A stretch of 64,000 nt of DNA. It comes from Polyangiaceae bacterium. Its GTDB lineage: Bacteria; Myxococcota_A; Polyangia; Polyangiales; Polyangiaceae. The notes under the pieces were generated by a model, which was not told the origin of the DNA, ran no database searches, and saw nothing but the letters and a program-made list of their open reading frames with translations. The stretch is from assembly GCA_044376115.1 (NCBI GenBank), contig JBILLK010000022.1, positions 32,001 to 96,000 of the forward strand, read 5' to 3'. Positions 20,180 through 29,811 of the stretch are shown here, piece by piece. A program made the position numbers and the translations under genes. How positions within the stretch are numbered: position 1 is the stretch's first letter; each line of letters starts with the position of its first letter.

Positions 20180-21112
20180 ATGGCGTGCTCAGAGCCGGTC
20201 ATGCTTAAAGTCAAACCCAGCCGATGGGCGCGCGCGCTTCGATTCCCCCTCGCGAAGCGCGCGCTCGGGCCCGTAGGCTACGCAGCGCAGAACGCTGCGC
20301 ATGCGAAGACCGCGGCCCAGTCGCGAGCGAGCGACGTTCGCAGCCAGCGCCGATTTCGGGCTGTCGCGGCCATCGCGAGCCTGCTCGTCCTCTTGCCGAG
20401 TTCGCAGGCGCTCGCGGAGGACGATAGTCCGCTCGGCTTCGCTATCGCCGGCGCCATGTTTGCTGCGGTGGCCGCCGGGGATGCACCGCTCTTTTTCCTG
20501 CGTGAGTCCGACGCCCCGCTCGACCTTTCGATGCACGCCGGCGTCTCCGGCGAGCTCAACCAGTTCGCCCTGGCGGCGGCTGGTACGGGCCAGTTCAGCG
20601 TCGACGGGCCCTTCGGCTGGTCCACGAACGCTCGCTTCGACCTGCCGCTCGATCCCGACTTGGTGGGCTTTCAAGGCAAGCTTCGCGTCGATGTGGTGGG
20701 CAGCGCCGCGCTCTGGGAGTCGCCCGCGGACGGAGCTTCGATCGAGGCGCTGCTGGGCGCGACCACCTGGACTTCTCTCGAAGACCGCAACCGCGATGGC
20801 GAGACCGAGTGGCACGGCTCGCTGGGGCCGGCCGCTGGCGCTCGCGCGACCTTCGGAACGCCGCTCTTCTCGGCCGCACTCAGCGCGCTCTACGTTCCAC
20901 TCTTCGGTGAGCCGCCCAGTTTGCAGACGCATCATCTCGACCTCGCGAGCACCGTGTCCTTCTGCCCCGAACCGGACTCCGAGATCCCGCTCACCGCTTT
21001 GTTGACCGTCAAGCGCGAGGTCGGTTTCGCCGATGGACCGCTCTACCGCGGCACCGTCCTGCTGCTCGGCATCGAACTGCCGTTGGCCACTCCGCGGCGG
21101 CGGTCGCGTTAA
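20180..21112 (+). CDS. Putative outer-membrane beta-rich protein (start uncertain)
   Basis: Signal-like RRFRAVAAIASLLVLLPSSQALA followed by amphipathic strands. Confidence 0.55.
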   Translation: MACSEPVMLKVKPSRWARALRFPLAKRALGPVGYAAQNAAHAKTAAQSRASDVRSQRRFRAVAAIASLLVLLPSSQALAEDDSPLGFAIAGAMFAAVAAGDAPLFFLRESDAPLDLSMHAGVSGELNQFALAAAGTGQFSVDGPFGWSTNARFDLPLDPDLVGFQGKLRVDVVGSAALWESPADGASIEALLGATTWTSLEDRNRDGETEWHGSLGPAAGARATFGTPLFSAALSALYVPLFGEPPSLQTHHLDLASTVSFCPEPDSEIPLTALLTVKREVGFADGPLYRGTVLLLGIELPLATPRRRSR

Positions 21113-21152
21113 GCGGCTCGCTCGAGCTGCGCCGATCTGGTACCAGCCAGCG

Positions 21153-21827
21153 ATGATCAAGTGCTCCTTCGCCCTGTTGCTGACCGCGGCAGCGGCGTGC
21201 GCCCCTTCAAGCCCACGCGCCGAGCTTGCGCCCGACCCCACGACGGAGGCCGCATCGCCGACCTCCAGCGCATCCACCAGCGCAGTGGCGACCCCACCGA
21301 CCGAAACGAGCAGCACCATCGCCGCGACGGCCACCCCAACCGCGACGGCTAGCGTCGAGCCGCCGAAGATGTGCACCAAGATCGGCTGTGCCAGCGAGCT
21401 CGTGCTACCGCTCGTGTGGGGCAAAGACACGCTCACCTCGAGCAAGTACACCTTCGAGCTGACGGTGGACGGCAAGAAGGGGCGCTGTGAAATCGTGTGG
21501 CCCTACAAATCCTGCAGCGACGTGCGCGCAGCGAAGTGTTCGGGCGAGGTCGCTTTTACGCTCGAGACCAGCTGCACCGGCGCAGCCAAATCCACGAGCG
21601 ATATGGTGATTGGGCCGCTGCGCCTGAGCGGCACCCCAGCGGCGGCGACGCTCAAGGTCTGGCGCGAGAAGATCATGTGGCATCAACAGGAGCTCACGCT
21701 CAACTACGCCGACCTTCGCCCCAACGGCGCAGCCTGCGAGCCGCTTTGCAAACAGGCCTCACGACGCATCTGCATCGGGAGCTGCGAGGCGAAGGATCTA
21801 GCCGCAGCACCGCCCGACGTGCCCTAG
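21153..21827 (+). CDS. Lipoprotein
   Basis: AAAC lipobox, Thr/Ala linker, CTKIGC...PNGAACEPLC. Confidence 0.75.
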   Translation: MIKCSFALLLTAAAACAPSSPRAELAPDPTTEAASPTSSASTSAVATPPTETSSTIAATATPTATASVEPPKMCTKIGCASELVLPLVWGKDTLTSSKYTFELTVDGKKGRCEIVWPYKSCSDVRAAKCSGEVAFTLETSCTGAAKSTSDMVIGPLRLSGTPAAATLKVWREKIMWHQQELTLNYADLRPNGAACEPLCKQASRRICIGSCEAKDLAAAPPDVP

Positions 21828-21885
21828 CTGCGGCGGAAGCGAGCAACGGCGCTTGAGGCGGCAGCGCCAGAGCAACGCGCGATCA

Positions 21886-22230
21886 CTAGGCCGACTGCAA
21901 CGCCCCATGGTCATCACAGTGACCGTCGTGGGGGTGGTGCAAATGGCCGGCGACCAGGTAGTCGACGTGGTCACCGTGAGGCACCGCTGCGTGTCCACAT
22001 CCCTCCGCGTGCACGTGCCCTTGCTCGTGGCCCGCGCAGCTGTGCGCTGGAGTGCATGCGGCCGGGTTGTCGGTACCGACCTCCACCTTGCACTCATCCA
22101 CGTGCCCGTCGTGCGCGTGATGAAGGTGCCCATCGTGGAGGTAGTCCACGTGGTCGCCGTGACGGACGGCGGGATGCCCGCAGTCGGGGCCGTGGACGTG
22201 ATCGTGGCTGGGATGGGTGTGATGGCTCAT
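21886..22230 (-). CDS. His/Cys-rich putative metal-binding protein with two internal repeats
   Basis: 114 aa with 28 His and 6 Cys by my count; HVHxxxCGHxAVxHGDHVDYLxxGHLHHxHDGHxD occurs twice; GAGGAG RBS upstream. Confidence 0.85.
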   Translation of the reverse strand: MSHHTHPSHDHVHGPDCGHPAVRHGDHVDYLHDGHLHHAHDGHVDECKVEVGTDNPAACTPAHSCAGHEQGHVHAEGCGHAAVPHGDHVDYLVAGHLHHPHDGHCDDHGALQSA

Positions 22231-22232
22231 GG

Positions 22233-22622
22233 TTATCTCCTCTTCGTGGTTGGGGACGGGGCAACCGGCGCCTCGTCAGCGTGTTCAAGTCCTGCGCGAA
22301 TCAGCTCACGCACGTGATCGTCCGCGAGCGAGTAAAAGATGTGTTTGCCTTCACGGCGCCGCTTCACCACGCGCTCGCTGTGCAGCACGCGTAACTGCTG
22401 CGACAGCGTCGAGAGCTTGGTGTCATTGGCGAGCGCCAGCTCAGAGACGCAACACTCCCCAGCGTCCAGCTGGTGGAGCAGCTTCAACCGAGCCATGTCC
22501 CCGGCGGCGCGGAAGAGCGCGGCAGCCCGCTCGAACGCGACCTCACTCACCTGCCAAGCCACAACCGGCCCCGCCGCATGGGGGTGCTCACAGTTAGGAG
22601 ACTTTTTGGGCGTTGAGTTCAT
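22233..22622 (-). CDS. ArsR/SmtB-family metal-sensing repressor
   Basis: ECCVSELA, SQQLRVL, RREGKHIFYSL; alpha5 site DxH-x10-HxxE (DDHVRELIRAGLEHADE) and N-terminal CEHPH. Confidence 0.92.
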   Translation of the reverse strand: MNSTPKKSPNCEHPHAAGPVVAWQVSEVAFERAAALFRAAGDMARLKLLHQLDAGECCVSELALANDTKLSTLSQQLRVLHSERVVKRRREGKHIFYSLADDHVRELIRAGLEHADEAPVAPSPTTKRR

Positions 22623-22625
22623 CTA

Positions 22626-22641
22626 TTCAACAGTCGTTGAA
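22626..22641. promoter_or_regulatory. Candidate operator for the ArsR/SmtB repressor
   Basis: Perfect inverted repeat TTCAAC-AGTC-GTTGAA, 3 bp upstream of the repressor ATG. Confidence 0.6.
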
Positions 22642-23348
22642 GTGTAGGAACAAACGCTGGGCTCGGCAAGCGTCAAAGCAAAGCCATCAGCTCAACGTTC
22701 GTGGTTGGGGTCCGGAGCAAGACCGAGTCGTGCGGTCGAAGGCGGCAGAACAACGGCTGGCGCCCGCTTCAAAGCGTCGGGTGAACGACCACTACGCTCG
22801 GACAGCGCTGGGCACTCGACGAAGGTGACCTGCTCGGGCAGCCGTTCACAAGCAACCACGTGAACGCCCCCAGCGAGGCCGATGGTGCCGATTCCAGGAG
22901 GAGCGCTGGTTTCCTCAACGTGGATGAAAGCCCGCGGCGGCCGTGCTCGAGGACTGCAGACGACCACCGAACGCACGCGGATCAACGCTGCACGCCGACT
23001 GCTTCGGCCTAGCGAAACGGCGCAAATCGAGAACCGGTCGAGGTCGAGGGCAAACTCCCCTGCGTCCGGACCCAACCAGGCGTGAAGCTCCGGCTTCGAC
23101 AGAAGGCGGCGCATCCGCTGGGTTGGGCCGGCGCTCACCGAATGCAGCAGCGTTACCAGGGGAAGGCTCCGGGTGAGGACGAAGTCGGGACGCATACGCG
23201 AGCAGCTTCTAGCACATGCAACCGAGTTGCATCTATCAACCTACGCAGCTGCGCCTGTGCTAGCGCAGAGGCTCATCGAGCGCCGAACTCGCGCCCAACG
23301 CCGCATTTATCGCAGCGGCAAGCAACATTGCTGCTAAGTCGGCGGCCC

Positions 23349-25054
23349 ATGCCCGTCCTTACCGCCCGCGCGATCACCAAGGCCTACGGCCTTCGGCCGT
23401 TGTTCAACGAAGCGACCTTCACCATTCGGCGCGGGGAGAAGGCAGCGTTGCTCGGGCCCAACGGCACCGGCAAATCGACGCTGTTGCGCGTGCTGGCCGG
23501 GCTCGAGCCGATGGACGGCGGCAGCATCGAGCGGCGACGCGACGCGACCATCCTTTATCTGCCGCAAGAACCGGTGCTCGATCCGGCGCGCTCCCCGCGC
23601 GAGATCGCCCGCGAAGGGCTGGCGGCCTGGCATGCGGTGAAGGAACGTTACGACGCGATCTCCGCGCGCCTCGAGCAAGGCGAATACGACGATGCGCTGC
23701 TCAGCGAGCATGCCTCGCTGGGCGAGGACATCGAGCGGCTGGGCGGTTGGACGCGCGACCATGAGGTGGACGAGGTGCTCGCGCACTTGGGCATCCGTGA
23801 CGTCGAGCGGCCGGTGGGCACGATGAGCGGCGGCGAGAAGCGGCGCGTCGCGCTGGCGCGCATCTTGGTCGCCAAGCCCGACATGGCGATCTTCGACGAG
23901 CCGACCAACCATCTCGATGCCGACACCATCAGCTGGCTGGAGGGCTACCTGGCCGATGAGTTTCCCGGCGCCGTGCTGCTCGTCACCCACGACCGTTACT
24001 TGCTCGATGCGGTGGCCACGCGCGTGCTCGATCTCGAGGACGGGCGCGTGGTCGAGTACACAAAGCGCAACGACAGCGTCGGCACCTTCGAGGATTTTTT
24101 GGAGCAGAAGGCCGAACAATATGCGCACGCCGAGCGCGTCGAGTCGAACCGGCTGAGCTTCGTCAAGAAGGAGATCGAGTGGCTGCGCCGCGGTCCGAAG
24201 GCGCGCTCGACCAAGCAGAAGGCGCGCATCCAGCGTGCCGAGGCGGCCATCTCCGCCGAGGGCCTGCGCACCCGCGGCGAGGTCGAACTGGTCGGGCTGG
24301 AGGCGGGCTCTTCGCGTTTGGGTGGGACCATCCTCGAGCTGCTCAACGTCAGCTTGGAGCTCGGTGGGCGTCGCCTCGTGGACGACTTCACGCTGCGGCT
24401 GGTGAAGGGCAATCGCGTGGGCATCGTCGGGCCGAACGGCATCGGCAAGACCACCTTGTTGCGTTTGGTCACCGGCGAGCTCGAACCGACCAGCGGCAAG
24501 GTCGTGCGCGGCGTGCAGACCAAGTTCGCCTACTTCGATCAGGCGCGCACCACGCTGCGCGACGACTGGACGGTGCTCGACACGTTTGTGAGCGCGAGCA
24601 CTCCGACAAGGTCGGCGCAGGCTCGGTCACCATCGGCGACAAGCAGATGGAGATGCGCGCTTACCTCGAGCTGTTCTTGTTCGAAGGTGCAGCGCTGCGT
24701 CGGCGGGTTTCGGCGCTCTCCGGCGGAGAGCGAGCCCGCGTCGCGCTGGCGTTGGCGCTCAAGACCGGCGCCAACGTGCTCCTGCTCGACGAGCCCACCA
24801 ACGACCTCGACATCGCTACCCTGGGCTCCCTGGCCGAGCTGATCGAGGGCTGGCCCGGCTGCGTGCTGGTCGTCTCCCACGATCGCTACTTCCTCGATCG
24901 CGTGGTCACGTCGATCCTGGCCTTCGAGCAGGATGGCCACATCACCCAGTACGCCGGCAACTGGGACAACTACTGCTTGCAGAAGCGCGCCCGAGAGCAA
25001 GACGCCAAACGCGAACGCACACAAAGTGAGCGGCCGCGTCTCGGCCTGCGTTGA
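23349..25054 (+). pseudogene. ABC-F (Uup-like) ATPase split by a 1-bp deletion (possibly a sequencing error)
   Basis: Two ABC cassettes (GPNGTGKST/MSGGEKRR/DEPTNHLD; GPNGIGKTT/LSGGERAR/DEPTNDLD) spread over two frames; restoring one A near 24582 gives VLDNVCERE. Confidence 0.85.
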
Positions 25055-25179
25055 GCGGAGTTCGATGATCCACTGGAAGGCGTTGGGGGCCTATCGGCGT
25101 TGCTGATCCACCCCGGCCCAAAAGAGCGATAGCCTGCGCGCAGTTCGCGTCCGGCGCCCCTCTCCTCGAAGGATCTTCC

Positions 25180-26544
25180 ATGCGCACGCTCAAGCTCTTC
25201 ACCGTCTGCCTCGCTCTTGTCGTTGCACCGGCTTGCGTAAAGACCAAGGTCACCACCAAGACCGCAAGCGGCGCAGAGGCGGCCGACGTTCCGACGTCGA
25301 AGTTGGGCCACTACGCCACCCCCGACGGCTTCATTGGCTTCACCTTGGATCGCACCGGAGAGGTACCCAAGTTCCAGCTCGACAACACCACCGCTGTGGT
25401 GGCGCTGTTTGTCGAAGAAGCGCTCGATCGCGGCGACCACGTTGGCCACTTCCTCAACGGGCCTGACGGCCGGGCATGGCTCTTCATCAGCATGGCGGGT
25501 GACTTCTTTTTCATCAGCGCCGAAAAGCGCGAGGAGCTGGCAGCAAGCGACGTGGAGAACGTGGGCGTGCGCGTCACCCGGGATGGCGGGGCGACCCCGT
25601 TGGAGGCCGCGACCCAAAAGGGAATTGCCACGCTGCCGCCCCTGAAAACTACCTTCGATCTGGCCAGCGAGAAGCTGCGCGAGCTGAGCGTCACCACCAA
25701 GTTTCCGCAGTTCAAGAAGGAGGACTCGGGCAATCTGGCCAAGCTCGAAGAGCTGTGGCCGCTACTCGACGCGAGCATGGTTGTGCGTGTTTCGGCCAAG
25801 GGTGCTGAGTCTGCGCGCTGGTCTCCGGCCTCGCCGTACATTGGGGACACACTGCATGGCTTTGGCGGTGATGTCGGCGCTTTCCCCTCCGAGACAGCCT
25901 GGGACAAGAACGCCAAAGGCCTCGCTGGGCACGGTGGTTTGCTCGATGTGGACGTCCGCTACGGCTCGCCCAGTCGGCTGCGTCTGCATGGTCAGAAAGG
26001 CTGGCCGACGCCTCTCGCCGCCGGTACGCCCGGTGTGATTTGGATGACCGATAGCACCACGATCGTGTTCGTCAGCCTCGATGGCGGTCGCTACCATCTG
26101 ACGCTGAACAGCGCACCCGACAAAGACGGCCTGCCGATTGAGTTCAATGCGGGATCACCCGGCAGCTGGCCAGCGCCGCTGCAACACACCTTGGTGGACG
26201 TGAACGCCGTCCGCGGCTTCGCCACGGGCGGTGCAGTGTCGGCGAAGGTCGGTAGTGACGTGGAGGCCTTGGACGACGCTTGGTGGGCGTGTGTGAACAC
26301 GGTTTGGGAGGCGGGTGTCAAAGAAGAAGATGCCATCCGCGCAGGAGCAGGCGGACTCGACGCCAAGCAGGGCAAGTTGAGCGCCATCCCCAAGCGCTAC
26401 GAAGAGAAGGCCAAGAAGGATTGCGCGCCCAACCAGAAGAAGCTGGAAGAGGGGCTCGTGGCCTTCATCGAGCAGCGGAGCAAAGAGCGAGCCGCGCTCT
26501 ACGAGAAGGCCAAGCTGAAGGTCGCGTCGCTGGGCGTGAAGTAA
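25180..26544 (+). CDS. Putative lipoprotein
   Basis: Signal ending APAC, 454-aa ORF, helical C-terminus with paired Cys. Confidence 0.8.
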   Translation: MRTLKLFTVCLALVVAPACVKTKVTTKTASGAEAADVPTSKLGHYATPDGFIGFTLDRTGEVPKFQLDNTTAVVALFVEEALDRGDHVGHFLNGPDGRAWLFISMAGDFFFISAEKREELAASDVENVGVRVTRDGGATPLEAATQKGIATLPPLKTTFDLASEKLRELSVTTKFPQFKKEDSGNLAKLEELWPLLDASMVVRVSAKGAESARWSPASPYIGDTLHGFGGDVGAFPSETAWDKNAKGLAGHGGLLDVDVRYGSPSRLRLHGQKGWPTPLAAGTPGVIWMTDSTTIVFVSLDGGRYHLTLNSAPDKDGLPIEFNAGSPGSWPAPLQHTLVDVNAVRGFATGGAVSAKVGSDVEALDDAWWACVNTVWEAGVKEEDAIRAGAGGLDAKQGKLSAIPKRYEEKAKKDCAPNQKKLEEGLVAFIEQRSKERAALYEKAKLKVASLGVK

Positions 26545-26622
26545 CGAGGCCAGGGCTCGCTACGGCGCAGCATCGTAGTATCCTGGGTCGCAGTGCAGGA
26601 GGGTGGTCGTTTTCAGTTTCCG

Positions 26623-28875
26623 ATGGCGCCGGTGCTATCCCCGGATCATCCGGGGCACCTCGCGAGAGCGGCCCAACCGATCACTCCGTTCATGTTTGCG
26701 CCATCCGCGGCAGGGCCGGCCGAGCAGCGTTGGGGAACGGCGGCGGCGGCGCCCGCAGAAGCGCGTTGGGATGCCCCGCCCGCCGGTTATGGCAAGCGCC
26801 CCTCGACGATCCCGCCGGCGCCGGCACCCGACCTCGCCGCCCCGGCGATCTTGCCGTTTCAACCTGCGAACAACGGGCTTCCCTTTGCACCGGCGGCACA
26901 AGGAGCAGCGTTCGGAGGGCAGCCGCAGGCCGGTTCTGCGGCGCCCGCCGCGCCGGCGCAGCCGATCTCCCCGTGGGCGCAATACGCTTCGGCGGCCACA
27001 GGGCTCCCCACGCCGGAGCCCGCTGCGCCAGCCTTGGTGCCACCGGCGGTGGTGCCGGCAGCACCGGCCTGGGACCCGCACGAGGCCCAACGTATCGAGG
27101 CCCAACGTATCGAGGCCCAACGTATCGAGGCCCAGCGACTTGAAGCTCAACGTATCGAGGCCCAGCGTCTCGAGGCCCAGCGACTTGAAGCTCAACGCGC
27201 CGCTTGGCAACACGCCGAGGCCCAGCGCCTCGCCGCCGAACAGGCCGAGGCCCAACGTATCGAGGCCCAGCGTCTTGAAGCTCAACGCGCCGCTTGGCAA
27301 CACGCCGAGGCCCAGCGGCTCGCCGCCGAACAAGCCGAGGCCCAACGCCTCGAGGCTCAGCGGCTCGAGGCCCAACGGCTCGCCGCCGAACAAGCCGAGG
27401 CCCAGCGTCTCGAGGCTCAGCGGCTCGCTTGGCAACACGCTGAGGCCCAGCGCCTCGAGGCCGAGCGCGTTCAACGCGAGCGGGAGGCCGCCGAGCTTGC
27501 CACCCGCGAGGCGTTGGCTCGGGCAGCCGCGGAGCGCGCCGAGCTCGAGCGGCTGATCGCGCAACGGGAGGCCGCGGAGCAGCTGGCGCGAGAAGCAGCG
27601 GAACGTGCAGCGCGCGAACGTGAGCTCGCTGAAGCAGCTGCCCGCGAAGCGGCGAAGGAGCGTGCGGCCGCCGAGCTTGCCTTGATTGAGGCGGCGCGCG
27701 CCCGCGAACAGGCCGAGGCGCTCGAACGAGAGACGTCGGCGCGGCTCGCAATCGAGCGGGAACGCGCGCTGCAAGCTGCCGAAGAACGTCGGCTGGCGGA
27801 GGAACGAGCGGCGCGTGAAGCGCGCGAAGCCGCCGAGGCCCGCGCGCTGGCCGAACGAGCTGCAGCTGAGCGCGTTGCGTACGAGGCGCAACAGCGAGCC
27901 GCACAGGAGGCACAGCAGCGGGCGATGCTGGAGGCGCAGGCGCGCGCCGAACGCGACGCCCATGAGCGAGCGGCGCGAGCGGCGATCGTGGCGGCGGAAG
28001 CGCGAGCCCTGGCCGAGCGGGTGGCCGCCGATCGAGCGGCGCGCGAGGCCGCACAACGCGAAGCTGCCGAGCGCGAGGCCGCACAACGCGAGGCAGCGCT
28101 GCGCGAAGCCGCACAACGCGAGGCCGCTGCTCGCGAGGCGGCGCTGCGCGAGGCCGCACAACGCGAGGCCGCTGCTCGCGAGACGCTGGAACGGGAAGCG
28201 CGTGAAACCAGCGCGCGCGCGGCCGCCGAGCGGGAGGCCGCTGCACGCCTTCGCGAGGCTGCAGCGCGCGAGGCGCTGGAACGGGAGGAACGCGAGGCTG
28301 CGATGCGGGAGGCCGCCGTGCGCGAGGCTACCGCGCGCGAAGCCTTGCAGCGCGAGGTCCGCGAGACCGCCGCACGCGAAGCGCGCAAAGCCGCCGAGGC
28401 GCGCGAGGCCGAGGAGCAGAAAGCGAAGGCCGCCAAAGCCGAGTCCCTCGCGGCGCTGCGCAAAGCGGCGCAAGAGGAAGAACGCGCCGAACGACTCGCG
28501 GCCTTGGCTGCGGCCGACGCGACCGTCTCGCTCAGCACGCCGCCTCCCAAAGCAACCAGCATCGCCCCGCCGAATGCGGCCAGTGTGCCGCCGCCCAAAG
28601 CGACCAGCGTCGCTCCGCCGAACGCGGTCAGTGTGCCGCCGCCCAAAGCGACCAGCGTCGCTCCGCCGAACGCAGCCAGCGTAGCCCCGCCCGCCCAGGC
28701 GCCGGTTGCGCCCAGCGAGCCGCCCGCTGCTGCGCCGAGCGAGCCGCCTGCTGCTGCGCCGAGCGAGCCGCCTGCTGCTGCGCCGAGCGAGCCGCCTGCT
28801 GCTGCGCCGAGCGTCGCACCGACGCCGAGTGGCCTTGTACCGCCGCCCAAGCGGAAGAAGATCGCCAAGTGGTAG
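26623..28875 (+). CDS. Low-complexity Ala/Glu/Arg coiled-coil protein with Pro-rich ends
   Basis: EAQR(I/L) pentapeptide runs, REAAx runs, 3x PPPKATS, 4x PSEPPAAA; start uncertain (26593 or 26623). Confidence 0.8.
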   Translation: MAPVLSPDHPGHLARAAQPITPFMFAPSAAGPAEQRWGTAAAAPAEARWDAPPAGYGKRPSTIPPAPAPDLAAPAILPFQPANNGLPFAPAAQGAAFGGQPQAGSAAPAAPAQPISPWAQYASAATGLPTPEPAAPALVPPAVVPAAPAWDPHEAQRIEAQRIEAQRIEAQRLEAQRIEAQRLEAQRLEAQRAAWQHAEAQRLAAEQAEAQRIEAQRLEAQRAAWQHAEAQRLAAEQAEAQRLEAQRLEAQRLAAEQAEAQRLEAQRLAWQHAEAQRLEAERVQREREAAELATREALARAAAERAELERLIAQREAAEQLAREAAERAARERELAEAAAREAAKERAAAELALIEAARAREQAEALERETSARLAIERERALQAAEERRLAEERAAREAREAAEARALAERAAAERVAYEAQQRAAQEAQQRAMLEAQARAERDAHERAARAAIVAAEARALAERVAADRAAREAAQREAAEREAAQREAALREAAQREAAAREAALREAAQREAAARETLEREARETSARAAAEREAAARLREAAAREALEREEREAAMREAAVREATAREALQREVRETAAREARKAAEAREAEEQKAKAAKAESLAALRKAAQEEERAERLAALAAADATVSLSTPPPKATSIAPPNAASVPPPKATSVAPPNAVSVPPPKATSVAPPNAASVAPPAQAPVAPSEPPAAAPSEPPAAAPSEPPAAAPSEPPAAAPSVAPTPSGLVPPPKRKKIAKW

Positions 28876-29027
28876 CGTCAACCGGCTGACGAGCGTCAGC
28901 CGCGCGACGTCGGCGGCACGACGATTTGAGGCGACGCGGTGAGCGTCAGGTCGGGGTTGCAGCGCCTTGCGAAGCAGGGCGGTCAGCGGCGCAAGGGCCT
29001 CTGCGACGTAAGACCGGGGAGCTGCGC

Positions 29028-29367
29028 CAGCCCCCGCCCTTTGCTTCGCGCTGCCGCGACCAAACACCGGGCACCTACCGCAGCCCCCACCCTTTGCTTC
29101 GCGCTACCGCGACCAAACCCTCGGCACCTACCGCAGCCCCCACCCTTTGCTTCGCGCTACCGCGACCAAACCCTGGGCACCTACCGCAGCCCCCACCCTT
29201 TACTTCGCGCTGCCGCGACCAAACCCCGGGCACCTACCGCAGCCCCCAGCCTTTACTTCGCACTGCCGCGACCAAACCCTCGGCACCTACCGCAGCCCCC
29301 ACCCTTTACTTCGCGCTACCGCGACCAAACCCTCGGCACCTACCGCAGCCCCCACCCTTTGCTTCGC
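29028..29367. repeat. 53-bp tandem repeat, about 6.4 copies
   Basis: Units start at 29028, 29081, 29134, 29187, 29240, 29293, 29346; consensus CAGCCCCCACCCTTT(G/A)CTTCGCGCT(A/G)CCGCGACCAAACCCT(C/G)GGCACCTACCG; no spacers. Confidence 0.97.
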
Positions 29368-29440
29368 CCTTTACTTCGTTAAGCGCCGCCGCTCCCGGCC
29401 GCGTGCAACGGCCAAAGGGGGCTCGTATCTGCCGCTTGCT

Positions 29441-29737
29441 CTAAGAACGCCACGCGGCGAGCGCGGGGGACATGCTGACCGAGCGGAGAATGGCCTCCGA
29501 TTCAGCGCCACAGACGTCCTCGAGCAGCTCGCGCAAGACCTCTTCATCGATGCTGGAGGGCGTAACCGCCCAGATCACCGTCGCATCGAGCGCTGCATCG
29601 CGTGCGCCTTGGGCGTCGCCGTCCTCGTGCAGCTCCCACGCCAGCGCGCACAGCTTGACGGCCAAGTTGATGGCGCCGCCGTTCGGCTCGGCGCACAACG
29701 TCACGGTCTCAGCCTCGGGCTCACGAACGAATCCCAT
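29441..29737 (-). CDS. Small hypothetical protein
   Basis: 98-aa ORF with GAGGAG RBS and helical acidic composition. Confidence 0.55.
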   Translation of the reverse strand: MGFVREPEAETVTLCAEPNGGAINLAVKLCALAWELHEDGDAQGARDAALDATVIWAVTPSSIDEEVLRELLEDVCGAESEAILRSVSMSPALAAWRS

Positions 29738-29811
29738 CGTTGCTCCTCAAGTCGGCGGAACCGGCCGCAGACTCGGGCGGAGAAGCACGAGCTGGGCCAG
29801 GCGCATGGCGC

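Noticed and set aside
22692..23195. 167-aa minus-strand ORF
   Set aside because: No motif or clear start signal; could be a remnant but I cannot support it.
26635..29067. Long antisense and alternative-frame ORFs (810, 518, 465 aa)
   Set aside because: Shadows of the GC-rich repeat gene on the plus strand.
29028..29367. CRISPR array
   Set aside because: Units are contiguous and nearly identical, with no unique spacers and no cas genes in the window.
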